Shown here piece by piece: positions 10,001 through 17,100 of a DNA stretch of 64,000 nt. The position numbers were made by a program, and so were the translations under genes. Under the pieces are notes generated by a model. The model worked only from the letters and a program-made list of their open reading frames with translations. It was not told where the DNA came from and did not search any database. Numbering within the stretch: position 1 is the stretch's first letter; the number at the start of each line of letters is the position of its first letter. This DNA is from Nanobdellota archaeon (lineage in GTDB: Archaea; EX4484-52; LFW-46): assembly GCA_018897155.1 (NCBI GenBank), contig JAHILE010000048.1, positions 1,385-65,384 on the forward strand, in the 5' to 3' direction.

Positions 10001-11467
10001 ACTGCATCTGTAGAAGACATAATAATGAATTATGTTGTGAAAAACCTCCAGGATGGAACTGTTCTGACAACTGATAAAGAAACTCTTGCAGTCAATCAGA
10101 CGCTCACCTATACAAAGACTATAAGAATACCGAATGGTACCGCAGAGGCGCGCTACGTAATTGATGCAAACGCAACTTATGCGAACGGAGTAAAATACGC
10201 CGGCTCTGCTGCGACCTTTGACGTAAGCATGCAGCCATGGCCAGTCATTATTCTGCGAAGGCTATTCACAAGCTGGCTGACGTATATAATATTACTAATA
10301 GTAATTCCGGGAATTTATTTTGGAAGGCGCGCCTACAATGCATATAAGGACAAGAAAGCAAGAGATGCGCGATATATATTCCCGATGGACTACGCCAAGC
10401 TGCCGCAAAAAGGCGATAAAAGCCTGCAGGTTGGAAAGATTGCAGAAACAGACATTAATTCATACCTTGATATCAAGAACCTGACAATGCATTCAATAGC
10501 AGCAGGGGGTACAGGTTCAGGAAAGAGCGTAACTGCAATGGTCACTGCAGAAGAACTTCTCAAGCGCGGAATACCTGTCGTAGTATTCGACCCGACAGCA
10601 CAATGGTCCGGTTTCATCAGGCCATGTAAAGACCCGCACATGATTGAACTTTACGCGAAATACGGCCTCAAGCCGGAGGATGCAAAGGCATTCAAAACAA
10701 ATATAATAGTTGTCAACAGCGCGAACAGCCTTACCGATGATGAAATAGACCTACGCAAATACATGAAACCCGGAGAAATCACAGTATTTATAATGAGCAA
10801 ATTGCGCTCATCAGAACTCGACGCGTTTGTCAGGCGCACTATCCAAAAAATATTCAGCATACAATGGCCTGAGGCAAATACGCTCAAAGTGCTTGTTGTC
10901 TACGACGAAATGCACAGGCTGCTTCCGAAGTACGGAGGCAAAGGCGGATATGTAGAACTTGAGAGAGGGTGCAGAGAATTCCGTAAATGGGGCATCGGCT
11001 TATTCTTGATATCACAAGTCCTCTCAGACTTCAAGGGTTCAATCAGGGCAAACATTGCAAACGAAATACAGCTGCGAACCAAGTACAATGGAGACATAAA
11101 TCGTGTCAAGCAAAGATACGGAACAGACTACGCGCTTCGGGTTGTCAAGCTAACAGTTGGCGCAGGGCTCCTGCAGAACCCGGAATTCAATGAAGGAAAG
11201 CCGTGGTTCATACAGTTCAGGCCGCTGCTTCACGACACAGGCAGGCTGAGCGAAGAAGAGCTTACCACATATACGAACATAAAGCAGAATATCTTGAATA
11301 TGGAAACCAAGATAGCGGCGCTAAAATCGCGAGGTATCGACACATATGATATAGAGCTTGAACTGAATATGGCGCGCGACAAAACAAAACAGGGAATGTT
11401 TAAGATGGCGGAGACCTACATGGAATCAGTTAAAGCAAGGCTGAGTTCCATGGGTGGCGGAGCATAG
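2..11467 (+). CDS. Giant surface protein (>3,800 aa, N-terminus outside window) ending in a TM helix plus cytoplasmic HerA/FtsK-like (DUF87-type) P-loop ATPase domain
   Basis: The frame of ORF 161..11467 stays open back to nt 2. The edge sequence FNPGCTPKYSIGIHGWKGGVTDDSCYVNTNSS is the same Cys-pair module seen in later repeats. Beta-rich repeat modules, with N-x-S/T roughly every 10 aa in sampled stretches. Gly-run hinge, then hydrophobic helix WPVIILRRLFTSWLTYIILLIVIPGIYFG (10238-10324). Then Walker A AAGGTGSGKS (10499-10528), Walker B VLVVYDEMH (10889-10915) and REFRKWGIGLFLISQ. Confidence 0.85.
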   Translation, partial: FNPGCTPKYSIGIHGWKGGVTDDSCYVNTNSSIYSLNITTAPLIAAIEQPNDAMFRRDIDNITLRGNVTDDCGLVNGSTTSLSAYNGQSYQNCTAGMINDEGAGWYNCTLTPVSPEWSVGQYGKYNTSMYASKQYYNISNITTMSPSFNLTDPPEIKDMTWTSSNPVTSGWGTRHTFTVKVKDDEAGYDTDTVYLWKWHTSTGWALINSTTVINNPLFTTVSFEQRFTCADIGTNYYKFNVSDRWGNTNETQNASFTIGKDAVFVQLIPASNVDREGPATTNLKVRVRDTDNDSVAFNWIPEGYSGKMFVTTNGSGSNVWTVANGSMYTDSGSYLSFDFNPECAPLYKVGAQDWRGGMDNDTCFVDTNSSSGTFTITGQLKEGIDLPPYGSVYAVGTNVTIRTNSTTDCSELVNDSAISIQLSSPLSVWENCSATINNEGNGYYNCSWNTEFHYGGYYNVQMNSSRTNYYFNTTTWNSQFYMNNTPPNVENFSVSPESEGWGSVYTYRAEIYDAQKDNITCALYVNTSESTGWVLKNSTTIETQPAQGRANCTLSVSNFACGEMGTDNSYKFQIYDGTNLLNTSVISGPNLTEDSVSISYFYGNNSVVNRSGTETTRFIVSALDTDRGSIPVLTGSNIKFWVTKNGAVYDAGTDIATNSSGYANYDFDPTCSPTKYDVGPEYWAAGIIDGCYVATNLSQNLTTTVIGSLINTIQIPDIGTEFLRGENITIKSNSVATIQSDCVPEGLDGVNNEIIFHNENGINNYSCVTGPGTEGYYECTRNTTDMKARWYNTTMRSWMQYYHNGTSLNASHFFVKTLPVLTNETAITNPGGWGETFYFKVNLTDEDLDNVTVNLYARDTAGGSWGGAKNSTIISAPINQTVVIYWNTVPYCAIGTWEYYFDATDTHNPLDIVSTTPKNFTIEQDDVQIALVSGDNSFAWRNGTYNTTFTLNITDTDRKNITIGDSSSRFWVTVNASNPGSFDAGKDTMSSGGLITYYFMQQLPDGGQKCDYSVGIQKWKGGTFNDVCYKDANSTAYSVIINSSLMPNITNLHDQGYLRGDKIPINVSVIDDCQTVENATVINSLVNPPNTYYCSKQDNWAWNESNGTYICIWDSTNKPYKWYNVTATVSKNYYVQSSTPGTDRFFLGTTPKLDFPSVNPTFGGWGENHQFSVRLTSLDLATNNVSLWKSLDNISWNVVNWQLVNTPVNQWVYFNERFTCNDYLTPPSGRNYYQIKSASVFGFSNETPILNFTLDYDNITIPTLGGNDSVRRLGTTTAFLQARIYDSDYGVYQNNTAGNIWITSDGNNFSSNQTCTTSNGYCNINYDPQCDISTGVQKWKLAVEDACYQKVNSTNATLTVMGQLYSNHVNPTTNAIINRNTTTPLNTTVINDCNGAITGATIYWYNSTPKQIAIGYNTTWKVPVTYAKGPETITTNATQQYYDNGTNSTQVYIYGWSKINYTSLSNSSSYLAGEYVESYCMVIDANTTAYLQNYNVSYYKNGSLQTSAMTNENGTALWNWSTASENFGWYNITCIISNDNAQYYTPSIPQIESNVRINRSTVLKSLSLSNSSIFRNDSYNPYKTNISVTIYDAVIGPADGANVTFYNSTELIGNCTTNPSGNCFITYNAPDNSTPGIYIIYINSTKTGLEPSITNQTNITVTGVLFINITQPANDSSWGKSTTLNVTSDIWNENGYIDNATVNWYIDTNYVASGQNASFSLSSQTPGSRKLTANATKSYYQQAASNISLRINGLADVNWWYPPDSSLQPYPVPFEIQCRVTDNTSASVIQGYDVNFWYWNGSSYIFNGTYATDNFGIAGTTWYPDSKGSITFMCNITENTTMYYSPNIKSATATIMVQDTNPPSITNTSILPNQSIEANLNSTAITANVTDDLNVSSVIARIVLPNSSVINRTMANISQNIYTVQYLPPIGGNYSVTIMAWDSPPESNLNATYAGNFTVWGKINMTSVQTDEAVINGITQSNGAQFVIEANATNLGPANAYNVTLTMSDSPPGVLSYNTTQYSCGNLSTGQNCSRAFLVTVPPATPPQIIYSKVTTSWRNPDLTLENVENITDVIISANPIIDIYEPSLINNTPHGMTTKAGTLTIISAGNWPVDNIAINTVGGNLATSCPGCNITISQPLWGTLPAGSNFTTDITVVVPFGQPPGNYWTSVLASSDAGVDWIIMNLTVPLNTSWTRNPATFGTILALVNSSDSVGNIVATHIGNQKIDFKLYESQNGSALVSFAPLAFTLNVLSSVNISLNYTIPISQTPGMYYYQLLIRNTSANPPEYITDMWLNVTDTPPTISNVIINPMGYEAGTEYTNITARITDNVAVASAWINATKPNGTEFIKYFDTNGPEVFTNYSENETGIHRIRICASDVMGLEGCTQEYNVSVMMNTTLLAETNITNSSIGGVLLASGVNVSFNFSIRNIGYSRALNANTTISVPENWSVTDSFFTAGNIIKDNAYSNTTMLQIAPDSMGTYYINFTSNWTNFDNTTDWSLTQIKIIVTSNPALDVIDDPLTMYVESGSSGNYTFVLNSTGNDIAQNIQINCTGGIACTAFNMSLNPQYIASLVKGNASNITINASIPVGYIPGVYNGVLNVSSDTSSIKANISVIVPANLTWRHSPTSIKMEVAAGTNGTFGIVTVSNIGNLPVVLQSLSTNTTLFTVNASTINLPVGTYSTVAVNYTAPLVSAIENYIAYFRTVNSTAVPQNQSTLLNITVQPIYLYIVSPTTASPKINVSSGNTVETTINLTYSLQPLYENVTWEINLTNEGSLVTVNTTYANYSNTTKLWTINFTAPAIMEGAAHTLIAKAFYSTKNISVEGIQKDAIVYVDSAAPLISLSAPTAANRNSIVPIYVNITDSGGVRNALLEITDPSSLLQSVNATLMGSSGNLYRFNYNYSNTSLLGTYRIVAKGYDLSGNMNTTNTTFDIYNPAYISGYLLDIESPNSTAPIPGNFRMYKNDTGTLLHSFATNNITGYYYQSAFVRMYDVLLDALNVSMKFKNFNMPSEGITDPVSLGNIPLSLIGSGPLKAVYVTSKMNAQYMNITFDYSPYIGVSANDVQVYYCGNWTNQIGCTGTWFRQNSSVDTLTRTVMLNTQASAGAYALSQFICGNKMCESIYGESNANCPKDCPIPEGQEIPPIIGGGSTSGGGGGGGGGGGTSGGGGSSGGGSAGVPVATIKPDNRTTTDNVPIEIKSTLLYITLAPGEREIHSIEIKNNLNEIINSKLTVEGLVWELIKIEKTDFDLGPKSTENVKIEAYALPSTRPGIYTGDIVAVTGNMTYRTPITIKIELKEEPLLDVILKMLSDIVRPGDDAQFLVTIKNMGETASVEDIIMNYVVKNLQDGTVLTTDKETLAVNQTLTYTKTIRIPNGTAEARYVIDANATYANGVKYAGSAATFDVSMQPWPVIILRRLFTSWLTYIILLIVIPGIYFGRRAYNAYKDKKARDARYIFPMDYAKLPQKGDKSLQVGKIAETDINSYLDIKNLTMHSIAAGGTGSGKSVTAMVTAEELLKRGIPVVVFDPTAQWSGFIRPCKDPHMIELYAKYGLKPEDAKAFKTNIIVVNSANSLTDDEIDLRKYMKPGEITVFIMSKLRSSELDAFVRRTIQKIFSIQWPEANTLKVLVVYDEMHRLLPKYGGKGGYVELERGCREFRKWGIGLFLISQVLSDFKGSIRANIANEIQLRTKYNGDINRVKQRYGTDYALRVVKLTVGAGLLQNPEFNEGKPWFIQFRPLLHDTGRLSEEELTTYTNIKQNILNMETKIAALKSRGIDTYDIELELNMARDKTKQGMFKMAETYMESVKARLSSMGGGA
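9449..9540 (+). repeat. GGN trinucleotide microsatellite encoding a Gly/Ser hinge
   Basis: Encodes GGGSTSGGGGGGGGGGGTSGGGGSSGGGSAG. Seven consecutive in-frame GGA codons at 9476-9496. Confidence 0.9.
10380..11467 (+). other. HerA/FtsK/VirB4-like P-loop NTPase domain (C-terminal, cytoplasmic part of giant gene 1)
   Basis: Walker A GGTGSGKS, Walker B VVYDEMH, then RGCREFRKWGIGLFLISQVLSDF. This block order is typical of DUF87/HerA-type ATPases. It follows the TM helix and a basic stretch (GRRAYNAYKDKKARDAR). Confidence 0.7.
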
Positions 11468-11485
11468 AGTAAAAAGGGCGATAAT

Positions 11486-11526
11486 ATCTTGAAAGCGTTT
11501 GCAAAAATGCGCTTTCAAGATTTTTA
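11486..11526 (+). terminator. Hairpin plus T5 terminator after giant gene 1
   Basis: Perfect 12-bp inverted repeat: ATCTTGAAAGCG (11486-11497) and CGCTTTCAAGAT (11510-11521). It is followed by TTTTT, 19 nt after the TAG stop. Confidence 0.6.
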
Positions 11527-11567
11527 GCCCAGATAGAATGGCAAAAAATTAATGGAGATGGCTAAAA

Positions 11568-14150
11568 ATGGCGGAAAAAAAGAGCAAAAAGACAAACGAA
11601 CTTGACGAGATGAGCCTCGACGAGCTGATAGAAAGATGCAAGCAGATAAAAGAGCTTCTTGCGAACCTTGAGAACCAGTACAGATCTGCGGAAATTACTG
11701 AACAAAGCTACAAGCAGACAAAGGACGCAAACACAAAAAAGCTCGGTGAAGTAAGAAAGCGCCTTGAAGACTGGGGAATTAAGGACGAAGATATTCCTGC
11801 GCCACTTTCCGCTGCGCAAAAGCCTGCCGCGAGCACTTCCGCCGCTCCAGCATCAGCACTTTCGCAGCCTCAAGCCTCCGCAACGCCAGCCGCTACAACA
11901 CTATCGTCAGCAGCCCAAAAACCCGCACCGGTTCCGCCGCCGGTACAAGCGCCGGTTTTTACTCCGCCGATAGAAACACAAGAAACAAACGAATCTGCCC
12001 AAGAAACGCCGGTTGCCCCGCCAGCACCGAGCACTCCAATATCATTCACGCAAAAACTGAAACAACAATTTATGCCGTCTTCCCAAAGGTCGCCGGAAGA
12101 TCCCGCATATATTTCGCAGACTGTGCAGCTTGAGCTCCAAAAATTCCAGGAAAAATTCAATGTGGATCTTGAGCGCATAAAGGCATCAATCGATGCTATT
12201 AAAGAGACACGCGCATCATCTGAAGAAAGAATACATATGCTGACTGAAGGAATTGCCGAACTCAGGTCAAACGTATTTCAGCGCGAGGCAAATTTAAAAG
12301 AGCAGGAAATGAAGCTTACTAAACTGAAGGAAATGGTTGATGACGTCGAGCCGCAAAAAATAAGCAAAGAATTCTCAAAACGCGACAAGACATCTTCGGA
12401 CATTGAAGTCCGGCTTGAAAAGCTGGAAGTAAAAACAAACGACCTCATAAAGACAGTTAATGAAATAAATGCTTTGCTCAAAAGCATTGGAGGGCTTGAA
12501 AATGTGGCAGATGTAAACCATGAAGTTACGAAAAAATTCGAAGAGATACGCGAAATAAACACCGCCACAGAAAGGCTGTCTTCAAAAGTCGAAAAGATAT
12601 TCATAGATATAAACAAGCGGCTTGAAAAATTCAACATATACGAAGCCAGGCAGGACAATATAAGCGAAATTGTCAACGACATGATACGAAACTTCGACGC
12701 ACTTTCGCTGAAGTTTGAATCCTATGCGGAAAAAAAGGATCTGACCACTACCAAAGAAGACATCACAGACATCCAAAAAAAAATGGAAGAGCTGAAAAAG
12801 ACGCTGAAAAGGGTAGTGCCATTTGCAGAGGCGCAAGTTCCGGAAGAAATCCAGGCGCTTCAGACTGAGCGGGAAGATATCGAATCGCTTCTTTCCTCAA
12901 TAGAATACGAACATGAAAAAAAGCAAATCACCGACGATGAATACGCATCAATAAGGGAAAAGAATGGCGTACGGCTCAAAGAAATAAAGCAGAAAATCGC
13001 AAACGCTGTGAAAAAAATCGCGCCTGCCGATGAAGAAAAGGATGCTGCGTCAAATACGAAAAATCAGAACCCATCATTGGTTGATGCGATGTCAAAAGAC
13101 ATGGACGCAATCAAAACTGCGGCAAAAAAGAATGCTGAAGAATCCAAAAAGAAAGATGAAGCTGCCAAAAAAGAAGCTGAAGAAGCAGCTGAAACCGAAA
13201 ATGAAAAAAATGTTGAAGAAACAACTGATGAAGAAAATGATGAGTCCGACAAAGAAAACGAAGCTGAAAGCCCTGACGCAAAAGAGAAAAAAGAAACGCA
13301 GGGAAAAAAGCATTCAAATGCAAAATCGGCTAATCCAAAAAGTTATGAAAATGCACCTGAAAAAACAGAGATAATTAATGAAGCGGGAAAAGAACCGCTG
13401 CCGGAAATAAAAAAAGAAATGATGGAACAAACAGTTGCAGAAGAAAATAAAGATGAAACGTTTGCGCAACATGTGCCCGTTCCCGCCGCCGATACAAAAC
13501 ATAAAGAAAAATGGCGCGCCAAATCCAAAAAGGCGAAACATAACAAACAGAAAATAGTTCGAAAGGCACGCGAAACAAAAGAGAAAAATGAACAAGTGGA
13601 GCGCGCAACGCGAATGTTTTTGCGCGCAAATGAAATTGAGCGTCCGAATGCTGTTCGCGCAAAAAAAGCAGCTTTAAAAAAGAAACTAAAGAAAAAAGTG
13701 GCGCCATCAAAACAAAACAAAATGCATGCAAAAAGACATGCACATCATGCAGCCAAATCTACCGCGAAAAAAACAATAGCATCTTCGCGTGCAGTGAGGC
13801 TCGAAAATCGCGCAATTGCAAAAGAGAAAATAAAAACAGCCACAAATAACGCAGCCCAAACATCAAGAAAATCTCTTCGCTCATCCCACGGCCTGTTTGT
13901 TCCTGCAAAAGAGATTACAGATATAAAAAGTGTTATATCAGCCGGCGCGCAGAATGCGCAAACGCCAAAAAAACAGGATATTTCGCCGCAGAAAAATGCC
14001 GAAGCTGCAAAAGAAATAGCAAACGCGCCGGCAAAAAAAGGCGAAAATGAAACAAATCCACTGCTTGCAGAACTCACTGAATCGCTGAAGCAAGGGCTTA
14101 TTTCAAAAGAGACTTACGAAAATACAAAGAAGCTGCTAATGATGGGTTAG
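11568..14150 (+). CDS. Cytoplasmic coiled-coil / low-complexity (K/E/A/P-rich) protein with SHOCT-like helical motifs
   Basis: 860-aa ORF with no hydrophobic segment. Ala/Pro-rich stretch, long heptad-like K/E region and a Lys-rich tail. C-terminus is LTESLKQGLISKETYENTKKLLMMG. GGAG lies 11 nt upstream of the ATG. The stop is 17 nt before the next gene. Confidence 0.7.
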   Translation: MAEKKSKKTNELDEMSLDELIERCKQIKELLANLENQYRSAEITEQSYKQTKDANTKKLGEVRKRLEDWGIKDEDIPAPLSAAQKPAASTSAAPASALSQPQASATPAATTLSSAAQKPAPVPPPVQAPVFTPPIETQETNESAQETPVAPPAPSTPISFTQKLKQQFMPSSQRSPEDPAYISQTVQLELQKFQEKFNVDLERIKASIDAIKETRASSEERIHMLTEGIAELRSNVFQREANLKEQEMKLTKLKEMVDDVEPQKISKEFSKRDKTSSDIEVRLEKLEVKTNDLIKTVNEINALLKSIGGLENVADVNHEVTKKFEEIREINTATERLSSKVEKIFIDINKRLEKFNIYEARQDNISEIVNDMIRNFDALSLKFESYAEKKDLTTTKEDITDIQKKMEELKKTLKRVVPFAEAQVPEEIQALQTEREDIESLLSSIEYEHEKKQITDDEYASIREKNGVRLKEIKQKIANAVKKIAPADEEKDAASNTKNQNPSLVDAMSKDMDAIKTAAKKNAEESKKKDEAAKKEAEEAAETENEKNVEETTDEENDESDKENEAESPDAKEKKETQGKKHSNAKSANPKSYENAPEKTEIINEAGKEPLPEIKKEMMEQTVAEENKDETFAQHVPVPAADTKHKEKWRAKSKKAKHNKQKIVRKARETKEKNEQVERATRMFLRANEIERPNAVRAKKAALKKKLKKKVAPSKQNKMHAKRHAHHAAKSTAKKTIASSRAVRLENRAIAKEKIKTATNNAAQTSRKSLRSSHGLFVPAKEITDIKSVISAGAQNAQTPKKQDISPQKNAEAAKEIANAPAKKGENETNPLLAELTESLKQGLISKETYENTKKLLMMG

Positions 14151-14167
14151 ATACAAGATACAATTCA

Positions 14168-17100
14168 ATGGGATTCAAAATGAAACAAAGAGTTATTTTG
14201 TTTGCAATGATTGCAGCGATAGCTCTGCTTTTATCACCTCTACTTGTCAATATTGCCAATGCGCCGACAGACCCTTACTGGTTCGATACGTCGTGGCATT
14301 TCAGGATTGCGCTGGCAATCAACAATACAGATTATGCGCGAGATAACTGGCCGATTGAACATGATATGAATTTCACCGCATTGATAACACAAACTGGAAA
14401 AAGCGGCACTTTCGATTACAATTCCATACGCATTTACGCGCATAACTCAACCGGCGGCGTAATGCACCCGATGAAATACCAGTTCGACAACGCGTCGGAC
14501 TCAAGTGCAGCATCAAATGCCGCAGGAACTCTTGTATTCCTCTTGAATGGCACAACAGCGGCAAATGAAATCCGGTATTTCTACGTTTATTTCGACACAA
14601 TTGAAAATGGCGCGAAAAGCCCGCCGTCATTTTCCACAAACCTCAACTATTCATGGGATGGCAAAGAAGCGCATGTGAATAACAGCATGCTGCGATGGAA
14701 AATAGATACGATGCGAAATGAAAATACTTCTGGATTATATGATGCAAAAGGAAACTCAGCAACCATATTTACGCAGGCAACTTCAAACAGAACAATCGAA
14801 TACATACAATATTCAAACGGAACAAATAATTTTTCTTTTGATTTTAGGAACAATGCGACGTTTATTTCAGGACCTATAATGCTGAGGCTCGAACAAGCCG
14901 GAAATGAAATGCTTTGGAACAACCCCGACGCAATAACTGGAGCCGGATGGATGAAAAAGACGTACGTATTTTATGAAAATACAAAATGGCTTAAGATAAT
15001 TCAAAACTTCACAAATATCGGCGGCTCTTCCATAACAAGAAACTCAACAAACGGAGGCGCGCTTTCCGTGAATGAACTCATAGACAACAGCTTACTACCG
15101 CCTTTTGGAAACGAAAGCAATCCGATGTCCAGATACGGCGCTTCTGACGGCAGCAGAGGTGTCGGAATAATAAATGTGAATTCCAGCAGCAACGCGAATT
15201 ACTCCGCAGTTTACGATGCGGCTCTTGACAGGATAGGGATTAATCTTAACAGCACAACACTGGCTCCGCAGGAATCCATAATACAAACAACAGTAATGCA
15301 ATTCGATGATGTCCAGTACAGCGATGACCAAAACCTTCTTCCGTTAAGAAACCAGCTGCTTTACCCTCCAATAATTACGCAAGACAATCCGCAATACATA
15401 ACATTTATGCTGGAATCAAAAACAAACTACACCATCCACAACAGAAACGAAAGCGTGCTGATTACTGGAAATACTACATTCGATCCGTACAACATCAGTT
15501 CATCAATGAATGCCACTCTTGATATGGGAACGGCGGATTCTGCGGACGATATAACAATAGTTTTGTATGACGACGGAAGTGCTGAACATGGCGATGCAAC
15601 TGCATCAGACACTATATTCTCCAACTACTTCAACTTATCCGAGGATAGCGTATTTGGAACATGGAATATCACCATAAACGCGTATGATATTTCAGACATT
15701 CTTCTGAACCAAAGCATCACAGCATTCAATGTAACAAATGAATACAGTACAAGCATAAATATAAGCAATCCTGACGGGTTTGTCGACCGCATAATAAACA
15801 CTACACTAAATGTGAAAAATAAAAGATACGACACGTTTATTCCGGGCGCAACGCTTAACTGCAGCTACAGCGGCTCCGGCGAGCTGACAAATATAACAGA
15901 CTACGGCAATGGCACATACCTCTTGAATTTTACAGCCCCTTCAATAACCGGCTCATATCTTCTTAATTGCAGCGCGATAAAATTCAACAACACTGGATGG
16001 GCCGCCCAATGGTTCTATACTGAAACCAGCGAGACAATGCTATTACTGAACATAACTCCGGAAAACCACACAACAAGCAATATAACGCGAGCAACAGGCA
16101 ATTCATTTATAATTAATCTTAATGCCACAGACATTGGAGGCGCAAATGCAAAATATACGAATATGACTCTTTCGCTGCCTCAAAACATCACTGCAAATGC
16201 AACAAACGCAAGCTGCGGAACTGTAATAATGGGAACCTCTTGCCTGAGGGATTTCAATATAACAATAGCCAACGGAACCTCGCCCGGAAACTATACACTA
16301 AATACAAGCGTGGTGTGGGAGAACCCGGACACTTCAAAAAATACAACAAATTCATCAGTTACCATATACGTCTTATCAAATCCTCAAATTAATATAACTC
16401 CAGCAAATATTTCCGGTAACGCTCCTGACGGGAAAACGGTTACCATAGGAACATTTACGGTATGGTCTATAGGAAATGACAACATCACAAACACTACGTT
16501 TAATGTGACCGGAATTCCGGACTTTTCAGTGTCTTTCAGCCCGCAAAACATATCCGGCCTTGCAGCCGGAAGCTCACAGCCGGTTTCAGTAAACGTGACT
16601 GTTCCATCAGATTATGCGCCGGGAAACTATACTGGAACAATAAATGCCAGCACAATAAACGATGGATGGAAAACAATAGAGCTTAATGTAGCCGTGCCTT
16701 CAACAACAAACCTATCGATAAACATAACGCCTCAAAACTACACATCCCGAAACATATCTTATTCAAACAGCGAATCATTCAACATAACTATCAATACTAG
16801 TAACACGGGCGTAACCGGCGCAAAAGACGTAAACATAAGCCTATCGCTTCCGCAAAATCTCAGCGCAAATTCGACAATTGAAAACTGCGGCAACATCAGC
16901 ACAAATTCATTCTGCATAAATCAATTCAACATAACAATAAGCAATCAAACAGCTCCGGGAAATTATACATTCAACATAACGGCAACATGGAAAAATCCCG
17001 ATTTGTCGATAAATTCAACAACCACCAATATGACCGTTGCTGTGCTATCCAATCCACTATTAAATGTTTCAGAAGGCGGCATATCAACAATACTCTTTGA

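Noticed and set aside
128-11193. About 25 minus-strand and off-frame ORFs (60-150 aa) listed inside giant gene 1, for example 1422-1847, 4191-4643, 6049-6501, 7603-8025 and 9619-10020
   Set aside because: All are fully nested in one uninterrupted 11.4-kb frame with coherent repeat and domain structure. Their translations are low-complexity or Cys/Leu/Arg-rich shadow frames with no start signals.
11562-14077. Many overlapping ORFs on both strands within the 860-aa gene, for example 13030-13374 plus and 13343-13720 minus
   Set aside because: They are artefacts of the A/G-rich Lys/Glu-coding low-complexity DNA, which is open in several frames. Only the 11568-14150 frame is continuous and has an SD-like GGAG.
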